Origin: Orbicella franksi
Taxonomy: Eukaryota
DNA: 64,000 nucleotides
Reading direction: 5' to 3'
NCBI GenBank assembly: GCA_964199315.1
Contig: OZ116699.1
Location: forward strand, 19,406,001-19,470,000
The notes beneath the pieces are model-generated. The model was not told where the DNA came from and did no database searches. It saw nothing but the letters and a program-made list of their open reading frames with translations. Below are positions 1 through 10,200 of this stretch, piece by piece. The translations under genes were made by a program, and so were the position numbers. How positions within the stretch are numbered: the stretch's first letter is position 1; each line of letters begins with the position of its first letter.

Positions 1-5
1 TACAG

Positions 6-1056
6 TGTCGAGAGATTATCGAGGGTTGGTACGATGAGGTCAAGAATTATGACTTTGGAATGGGAAAACCCAAAACACCCGGGGGAGTGGTCATGCATTT
101 CACACAGGCAAGTACCAGTTGTTTAGATGGGAACTTACTCGAACAATACATTTAAAATGACATTCACTTCTCAAACTCGACCACAAGCGATAAAAGCTTA
201 TGTTACTTTCCTAATAACTGTCCCTTTCCCGCCTGTTTGTTCCAATGACGCTAAAATCAAAAAAAATTATCGGCATGTTATTTTATCATGTATACAAGTT
301 TCTCTCCTGATCATTTGACATCAGTCAAACTCAAAGCTAACGGACAAAAGATATAGACACAATATCACAATTTACGTCAACCTTAGGCCCCAGTTATATG
401 GTCTCGCGTACCCGAGACAACCCTCTCCCTAGGCCTGAGGCAGCTTTGTCGAGCGTTTATATCTGAAAACGTAGTCCCTGTAGGCCGAATCAAAGTTAAC
501 CCTGCATGATTATTCATAACCCTTATTGAATAATCAAATGTGCAATTATCCCTCTTTCTTTGAGTTTTCCTCCGTCATTGGATCAAAGTGGGTTTTGCGA
601 AGATAAACTTCACTTCTTTGATACGAATTCCTGCTTTAAATCCTAGATCTAGACATTTCGTGACACTCGCCCACCCGAATTGTCTCGCCCCCCAAGACGG
701 GTTCGCGATCCTCTTCTAAACGGTTGGCTGAAGTTTGTAAAGAAATAAGTGAAAAGTTAACTCGGCTAGAGTAACTTGGGGGAGGGTTGTCTCCGGTAAC
801 CGAGACCATATAAATGGGGCCTTAGACTTTTTTAGACTAGCTTGATCGTGTTCCCAACATCTGGGACCAACTGAAAAAGAGATATTGAGTTATGTCTGCG
901 GTTTTCATCAAATCTAGGAAGTCTGGAAAAACTCTCGGCAGTTCGGAATTGGAACTGCTAAAAGCAACAAGTATGGCTTCATTGCAGTGGCACGATACAG
1001 TCCTCGTGGAAACAGAGGCGGTCCAGCGATCTTCAAAGACAATGTTTTCCCTCCAG
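6..1056 (+). CDS. C-terminal half of an upstream CAP/SCP domain (two exons, 6-107 and 918-1056)
   Basis: Translates [34 protein letters not shown]|[32 protein letters not shown]..., containing the CAP motifs WYxE, HFTQxVW and GxG...VARYxPxGN. The first five bases (TACAG) could be an acceptor or coding sequence. Confidence 0.85.
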
Positions 1057-4000
1057 GTATACATTTGTTAATAAATTAACTGACAGATAAAAGCTCTCCA
1101 TTAATTTCGAAGGTTAAAATTTTTGCAGTTTTTTACTTTAATTAACTTGTTCATTGATAATATTACCAAGTTAAAAGGACGGGGTTGTAAGGGGTAGGTA
1201 TATGTAGGTATATAGGACTATGATCATAGTCTCTTGGTATATGAAAATGCCCATGATAGCTTTATATTATAGAAACGTAAGTGGACTGAATGTTCCTTTA
1301 ACTTGGTTTAATACTTCAAGATTGACAAATTTAAATATTTTGTCGGTCTCCACAGATGAAATGTTTCAATTAGCGGACGTTCCCTAAGAAACCTTCAAGA
1401 TTATGCTAAGTGTTGTCTATGAAGACATCATGATGATTGATCATCGCAATTATAACAACTTACGCAGTTTTGAAATTAAAGCCTGGAAAAAAAAAATTTA
1501 CCGGTATTCAAAAGCACTGCACAGGTATCGCAGAGGTCATGGGTTCGAATCCCGTTCAGGTCTGGGTTTTTTTTTTTCGACTTTAATTTCACAACTGCCT
1601 AAGTTATGTATGACTGCGATGATCAATCATGTCTTCATATCTTTCTCCGCAGTTCAAATATTCACATGCATGAGTGTTGTCTGTTCACTTACTTGTAGTA
1701 CTGCACCATTTCAGTTGCTTTGTTGCAGAGGAGGGAGTATAATAAACACAAAATGCTAAAATTTATTTCTATTTCAGAATCGACAATACGCGTGTTTTTT
1801 TTTGTTTGTTTGTTTGTTTTTGTTTTTGTTTTTTTGCTTTTCTCTTCTTTTCTTTTGCTTTGTTTTGTTTTGTTTTTTGTTTTGGTCGAATATTTTAACA
1901 CCACATGAAATATATCTTTGTTATCAGGGACTATTTCTGACCCAACACCCTCTGTTGGCACTACTTCTCAACCCTCGACACCCCCTCTTACAACTCCCAC
2001 CGTCCCAGGTTCCCCTACAGCTACCAACTTCAGCATTGGCGTCAATGCCACCGTCACGGGATTACCTCCACTAGCCAACACGACTGAACCTGCTACAGCG
2101 CCAGGTAAGAAAGACAACCTTAGTAACAGATTGAATACGCGCTTTTTCTATTTCCCTTTCCCCTTTCCCTTTCCGGGTATTCTTCCCGTAAGGAGGTGAC
2201 CTCACCCAATAAATTATAATTAAGTAACCCTTAATGGCGTTTGAGAGGCTTGCTGGAGATATTACGTGTGTACTTCACGGTTTTTTTAGATTCTAATGCA
2301 TGTACATATTGTCATATGTCTATTAGCAGCGTTTGGAAAGCAAATGATACGTCATCCGTTACAGGCGTAGCTGTATCATAGCATGCACAAAGCCTGATCA
2401 AAACACAAAATTTACCGCACACTTTAATTGAGCAATTATAAACGCTAGCGCTGTTACATCGTGGCTACATTTCAGAGCCACTATGTTCTGGACACAAATT
2501 TTGTCTTTGTGTATCAAACACTACTGACAGTGAACTTCGCGCCTTGTGTCATATTAGGTAGTTCTCCCCCTACAACAACAGGACCATCTACGACTGCAGC
2601 AGGTAACAGCATGCTAAATAAACAACGAGCCTGCATGCTGCAACTTGCCCTACCCCTAAAGAATAAAACAGCCAGGTATATCATGGCTACATTTGGGGGC
2701 TCTATTTTCTGGACACAAAATCTCGTCTACGTGAATCAAACAAGGCCGACAATGAACTTTGTGCCATTAGATTTGGACTCTTTCCATGCATGCTATTGCT
2801 TCAATTACATCAAACTAACTTCCACATAATCCAGTCGATTTATCAGTTTAGAAAACCGGCAAAATGATACCAAAACTAGTTAGTGAAGAATTTATTGAAA
2901 CAATTAACCTATTAGTCCTTGATGGATTCGATATGATTACAAGCAGCTCTTAGTTATTATGTACAGTAATTATAAAGCCCATGGTGTACTCTACAGACGC
3001 AAGGCTTGTATCTTGTTAGGTAGTTCTCGCCCTATAACAACAGGACCATCTACGACTGCAGCAGGTAACAGCATGCTAAATAAACAACGAGCCTGCATGC
3101 TGCCACTTGCCACCACCCCCCTCCCCCCCATCATAGGAAAAAAACAGCTAGGGATATAATGGCTCCATTTGAGGGGCACTATTTCCTGGACAAATTCTTG
3201 TCTTTGTGAATCAAACAATGCTGACAATGAACTTTTGCAGTCTTTCTGTACCATTGCTTCAATTAGATCAAATTTAAACTTCCACATCATCCAGTCGATT
3301 TACAATTTAAGAAAACCGATGAAATGATACCAAGGTCAGTTAGTGAAGAATTTAATGAGACAATTAACCCATTACCCTTTGATTAGCTTGCGAACAGGCT
3401 CCCGTTCGCAGCCTAACCTTTGATGGATTGGAGATGATTACAACGAGTTCTCAGTTATTTTGTAATTACAAAGCCCACGCGGAGCGTGCCGACGTTAGTT
3501 CTCGTCCGACAGCAACAGGACCATCTGCGGCCGAAGCAGGCAAAGGCATGCTAAATAAACGAGTCAGCATGCTGCTACTCGCCAACTCCCCCGCCCAAGC
3601 CATTTCGAAAAAAAACAGCAGCTAATTATATAATGGCTACATTTAGGGGGGCACTGTTTTCTGGACAAAATCTTCTATTTGTGAGTCAAACATTGCTCTG
3701 ACATGAGGGAAAACAAAATGTAAATTAATTTAATACAATGTAATACTATTACAATACTACCGACTGAAACATTTTGGGCACATTCGATTTAACTTTCTCG
3801 AAACTGGAAAAAAAATCGTTCGCAGTTATCGTATACACATGCCAATTTTAAAGCCCTCATTGCACTTTACCGACGCCAGGATTGTATCTTGTTAGGTAGT
3901 TCTAGCCCTCCATTAGCAGGACCATCTACGACTGCAGCAGGTAACAGCATGCTAATTAAACAACGAGCCTGCGTGCTGCTACGAATACTTCTCCCACCCA

Positions 4001-4178
4001 CTTGATGAAAAAAAATAGCTAGGTATATAATGGCTTCATATATGATGGCTTCATTTATACACTTTCGTATGATGAACGAGTTCTTAGCTCCTCGACGAAA
4101 AGTGTTAAAATAAATGATTGATTGATTGACTGATCGATCGATCGATCGATTGCTCGATTGATTGATCGATCGATCGAT

Positions 4179-4231
<53 letters not shown>

Positions 4232-7200
4232 TAGAAGACACTATTTTCTGGACGCAAAATCTTGTCTTGTATTTGTGAATAAATACAAAATGCAAATCAA
4301 TTATGCTACAATGTAATTCTAAGGCAAGACTTTTGCTATTACTCGATTTGACTCTCCAGTAATTGGATAAAAATCGTTTGCAGTTATTGTATATACAGTT
4401 AATAATAACTTCTTCATCCACAGAAAGCAGCCCCACCCCGCTACCGTCTGCCACTTCACCAAATACTGGGTCACCCGCGAGTCTCACCACTACTGCCGCC
4501 CCATCCACTTTACGCCCACTCGGTATGTAATATTTTTCGAAAACTTTTTACACCCGCCGAAGAGTCTTGTTATGTTACTTTAGTTAACTTTCTTAACTAG
4601 TTTGGCAGTGAAATAAAAAAAAAAAAAACACATGCGTTTTTTCGACGACGATTTTTATCTTAGCGCATTAAACGTTCAAGTTTTTGCTCTCTTATTTTTC
4701 ACTTTTTTTTAACTATTTGGACCGACACTCGACCAGTCAGATAGAGACTATTGTTTTATAAGTAGCGTAAGTGAGAGATGACGGCGATTTAATTAGAAAC
4801 AATTGTAACTGGACAGTTGCAATTCGACACCAACGTGATTGTTCATCAGTTACTTGACAAATAGAGCAGCGCAAAAAAAAAAAACAAATGAGAATTTGTT
4901 ATTGACTCGAACAATCTTACTGTTGCATCTATGCTGTGCCTATACCAAAAAACAGTAAATTGATGACAATTTATTTTCATATCATGCAGGTCCTCCGAAG
5001 AACGACTCAAAGTGTCAGTATTTTGTGGTCAACAGTACGACGTATACTTATGCCATTGTACAAAGTAAGACAGTGTACAGATTTAAAAGAGATCTAGAGT
5101 ATACCGTTCAGAATTTTCTAAAGATTCGTTCATGCCTAAAATGAGATTTTCAAGTAATTATAAAAGATGTGAAGCATTTCTTTCTGGAAAAATATTTATT
5201 TCTAACTATAATAAAGATTTTTTTTAAAAAAATACCCATCAAATCGCAACCTCGATGCTTTTTGAATATAAAATCGATTAATATAAGCTAGCAATTTAAA
5301 CTTAATTATTTTTTTTTCTCTGGCGATCAGCTATTTGTGATGTAATTTAAACACATGATCTTTAGGCAGACAAATTAGAATAACATTATGTCAATAAACA
5401 ATCGTAATATTATTATCATTATTGCTTTTCAGAATGTCCTGGCAAACCCAATGTCACTTTAATTCCACAAGGTAAGATATTAATGAAGCTTGAACAATGT
5501 ACAATGTACAACACGAAGGAAAAAAAAATTGAATTATAGCAAATGTGCATAAAAGAGGAATTCATTAGATCAAACGTAGAAAGAAATATATATTTATCTC
5601 TATATATAACCACGCGTATAACAAATGGAGGCGCATGCGTGAATTTGTTTACATGGCACATGATAGGCTAAGTTTATTAACATCTTGTTCTGTGCCCTTC
5701 GAAATCACCCAGCTGGATGTTCGCGTATTAAAAAGGGGACAGCTTGGAATTGTCTTCAGCTTTTTGTTGCTTTTAAAGGAGCTAACCAATTGTCAGCATC
5801 CTGTTCGTCATGAGGAGATAGTCATCTCCAGTGCCTATCGGGTATCCCGTCCGTCTCAGTATAGTGTATTTTAAAATAGATGCCATGCAGTGCATAACCC
5901 TAACTACTAACCCCAGTTATTAATTATCTCATACAATTTGTCATGTTTGTTACGAAATCTAGAGCTTTCTCTCATCTGTCAGTGCATAATTTCACAATTA
6001 ACTCAACTACGTAAGTATGGCATCAAAAAATTTTACTAAGAAAGATCCGAAAGCCGATAATTTCGTTCAGAATGACGACACACAATTTCGCCATAGAATT
6101 AGGATTAGCAGTTCGGTGAAGGTCATTATCCAGCAAGACTTGTCAATTCTAAAGCACCGGTGTGACCTCAGTTTCAAACCTGCACAGTCCAATTGGAATG
6201 AGGCGGAGAGTGAATTCAGTCTAATAGTCTCTATATCTGTGTAGCACACGGTAAACTTCATGTCGTGTGTTTTGCATCCTGTCCATACAATTGCTTCGTT
6301 TAGATCAAACTTAAAGTTCTACATTATCCAGCTAATAAGTGGATAATTGAATAAAAACAATTATCCCTTTAGCTTTTGATGAATTCGGGATGATTGCAAC
6401 CATCTAGACGCTACGCCCCTCGCTGGTTATTTATCGTCTTGTATTTAACTATTTTTGATCACTTTGTAATTTAGAAGCCATCGGTTTACTTTACAAACGC
6501 TAGGCTTGTGTTTTGCTAGGTGGCGCACGCCCTACAAAAACAGGACCACCTAAGACCGAAGCAGGTAACAGCATGCTAAATGAACAACGAGCCTGCATGC
6601 TGCTACTTGCCCAACCCTCTACAATAAATTATAACTAAGAGCAAAACTTGTAACGCTACTTTGCAAAAGCCCAATACGTTTTGTCAAAGGGGCTAGTTGT
6701 TTCTAATGTGTATTGTCTTCCCAGCTCTTCTTAGTAATGTGTAAGATCACGGCAGTCCATTGACAACAACCTTGGAAACGTACCCGTTATTTCTGAATAG
6801 TAACTTCGGCTTCCTTGAAATGCCTTAGAGTTGTATCTCTTTAGGTAGCACTCGCCCGACAACAGCAAGAGCAGTTGTAAACGCAACAGGTAACAGCATG
6901 CTAAATAAACAACAAGCCTCCATGCTGTTGCTTGTTCCAGTCCACACGATACGAGACACGCTGTTTAAGCATACACCTGTCTTACACTACATGTTGTCAA
7001 GAATTAGTCATGGTCAAACTCTTATCACCACACATAAAGCCAGTTTAAAAACGCTCATTGATCAGAAATTAACACATTGATATGGTAATGCCATCGAAAG
7101 GCGTTAGTACATTCCAAGCACGCAATGAGAAAGTCACATGAAAGGTTTTACTACTCTTAATTCCCTGGAAGACTCAACACCTAACATTTAATTCCTGTTT

Positions 7201-10200
7201 GTTTTTGTTGTTGTTGTTGTTGTTGTCTTTATTCATTTGTTTGTCTGTTTGTTTGTTCGTTTGTTTGTTTGTTTGTTTATTTGTTTTTGTAAGAACATAC
7301 CTATAATTTAGCATGAATAGTTTATAGCACATCTAATGGAATGAAGATTGTATAACAACTGCAACTTTTTGTATTACGATAAGTAACGGGTGTAATATCA
7401 TGCTATGTTTCATGCTATCATGCTATGTATTTAACCGAGTCGTAGCATTACGGTACAAATGCGCAATTGGACAAATCAGTGCACGATGATATTTACTACT
7501 AAATTGTTGACGCTCTTCACTTTATTGTAAACTGAGGCCTGATTAGGATATATTGGCAACTTTTATGGATGGGTTTTGTTTTGATGGCTAGAGTCGTTTC
7601 ATGATTTGTCCAGGGAAGAAATTCAAGACACCCCCTTTTTGATTTGCCTAGTTTTATGCAAGTCTACCATGAGTAAAGCACGCTTCCTGTCGGGTGTTAC
7701 ATTCTTTCTGCGATCCTCCTTCTCCAGAGATTCATGTCGTTTATCGGATTGGGTTTCACTCCGTTTTGAAATTTTGCCCGCAGCAAAAATCCCTGCAAAC
7801 ACAACACAAATCCCTGTAAGCGAAGTCAGCAGTATGCCATTTCGTCAGTTTTGACTAGTGTTGAAGAAGAATGGTTGTACGAAAAGATGTCAGGCTCTTA
7901 TAACAATGCAAAGGATTATTGTACCCATGAGTGAACGGCTTATAGAGAAATTTTATGTTAAACTATTCAAATGCAGCATTTTGTAACAAGGATAATTTCT
8001 AAGGTTATTTTAATTATCCATATTGTTTTAATTGAATTAATTATCGTAGTAATGAATTAGTTTGTGATAAATTAACCGAGTTTTGTCGTTGACAAAATAT
8101 AGTATCTGTTTAACAGTAAACATTATAACCAATAACCAAACGTCAAATTATACAGAATTTGTTCAACACAATGGATAGCGATGGTGATATTGTTGAGGTG
8201 AGAACTTTGTACATTTCAAATTGCACGTAAATTATGCCCCTCTTGTTCTTACAATCAGGTCGAGCGTGTCTCCCGAATCCTTTTCTGTACGCAGTGGCTG
8301 CATTTTTTCACCAAATAAGAATTTTTGTAACCAAAGTAATCACAACAATTTTAACACATGACATCTAAAAATGACAATCAGTAATTATCCTGATTATAAT
8401 TCCGATTGTTCTCTTCGGATCCAAGTTTGACTTAAATTCAGTTATATTCAGCGATACTTTTTTGATAAATTTTTCTTGAAGGAGTGAACAGATTCCTCTT
8501 TTGGCATGCGCGCTTTTCAAAGCAGATGCGTTTGTAAAAAGCCAAGTGATTTTAACAAATACACCTTTAAACTGTTCAACCCGCCGCTCTCTTTGACATT
8601 ACCAGGAAATATGACAACCCTAAAACCTGAACAGTCTACAACAACGACACAAACAACTCCAACAACACCGAAACCAGAAACAATAACAACACCAACCACA
8701 GTAGGTCCAGAGTCCACTACAGGAACGACCGTCACCACATTAAAACCAGAATTAACGACTCCAACAACTGTTAACCCAGAAACAACAACAGCACAAACTA
8801 CAGTCACTACTGTAGGCCCAGAGTCAACAACACAGACAACCATAACTACAATAAACCCTGAGCTAACTTCCCTAACCACTTCAGAAATAACTTCAAGTAC
8901 ACTAACTACAGCGAATCCACAGCTTACAACATCAACACCTCCAACTACGCCTCCTCCGCAGCAATCACCAACAACACCAGGACGAACAACACCGACAAGT
9001 GCAACTACAACAAAACCACAATCTACAACTTCATCAACAATAAATCCGCAAGAAACGACTTCAAGTACAGCAACTACAACTAATCCAGAACTAACAACAT
9101 TAACACCTGGAACTTCTTCTCCCCCACAACAATTTCCTGGACAGACAACACCGACCACAGCAACGACAACAAAGCCAGGGTCTTCTTCTACAGTAAATCC
9201 AGAAGAGACTACTTCAAGCACGATAACTACGGCAAATCCAGAACTTACGACATTAACACCTACAAGTACGCCCCCACCTGAACAATTTCCCGGACAGACA
9301 ACACCGACCACAGCGACTACGACAAAGCCAGAGTCTTCTTCTACAGTAAGCCCAGAAGAAACAACTACGCCTCTTACACAAGCTCCCGGACAGACAACAC
9401 CGACTACAGCAACTATAACAAAGCCAGAGTCTTCGTCTACGGTAAATCCAGAAGAAACTACTTCGAGTACAATTACTACAGTGAATCCAGAGATAACAAC
9501 ATTAACACCTACAACTACGCCACCACCACAGCAATCTGCAACAACACCTGGACAAACAACTCCAACTTCTGTAACTACAATAAAACCAGAGATTACCACT
9601 CCACAAACATTACCAACAACTGAAACCACGATTAGTGCAGGGGAAACATCACCAACATCTTTGACGACACTAAGTCCGGATACACACTCAACTCCGACAA
9701 CGTTAATTCCAGGACAAACAACAGGAACAACGGGAACTCCAGAATCCAGTGTGACCACAGAATCTACAATAGCCCCGGAACTCACAACACCGACAACTTT
9801 TACTACTATAAGCACAGAGGAATCGACTCCAACAACAAAACCAGAGCTCACTACTCCAACAACAGCAACTACTGTCAATCCAGCACTGACATCTCCAACC
9901 CCTGCGACACCTGAGACAACACCGACAACTTCTACTACTATAAGCACAGAGGAATCGACTCCAACGACAAAACCAGAGCTCACTACTCCAACAACAGCAA
10001 CTACTGTCAATCCAGCACTGACATCTCCAACCCCTGCGACACCTGAGACAACACCGACAACTTCTACCACTATAAGCACAGAGGAATCGACTCCAACAAC
10101 AAAACCAGAGCTCACTACTCCAACAACAGTAACTACTGTCAATCCAGCACTGACATCTCCAACCCCTGCGACACCTGAGACAACACCAACAACGTTGACA

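Larger units (their letters stand above)
2460..4400 (+). repeat. Tandemly duplicated exon-plus-intron units (about 400-480 bp), each carrying a 45-nt cassette exon
   Basis: Repeated TTAG|GTAGTTCT...GGACCATCTACGACTGCAGCAG|GTAACAGCATGCTAAATAAACAACGAGCCTGC plus shared intron blocks; exon starts at 2558, 3020, 3499 (degenerate) and 3896, with further copies at 6520 and 6845. Confidence 0.9.

Noticed and set aside
1513-1560. Possible tRNA gene
   Set aside because: Only the B-box/T-arm half is present, followed by a SINE body; no complete cloverleaf.
1340-1800. Possible extra micro-exons after acceptor-like sites near 1355, 1727 and 1777
   Set aside because: No convincing in-frame donor; the 1056-to-1928 junction is already phase-compatible.
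3867-4508. 213-aa minus-strand ORF
   Set aside because: Runs through the (GATT)n microsatellite (SINQ repeats) and lies antisense to real exons.
8517-10142. 541-aa minus-strand ORF (also 9703-10224, 10242-10496, 10300-10524)
   Set aside because: Antisense shadows of the Thr/Pro codon-biased mucin exon; V/G/S-rich mirror composition and no domain.
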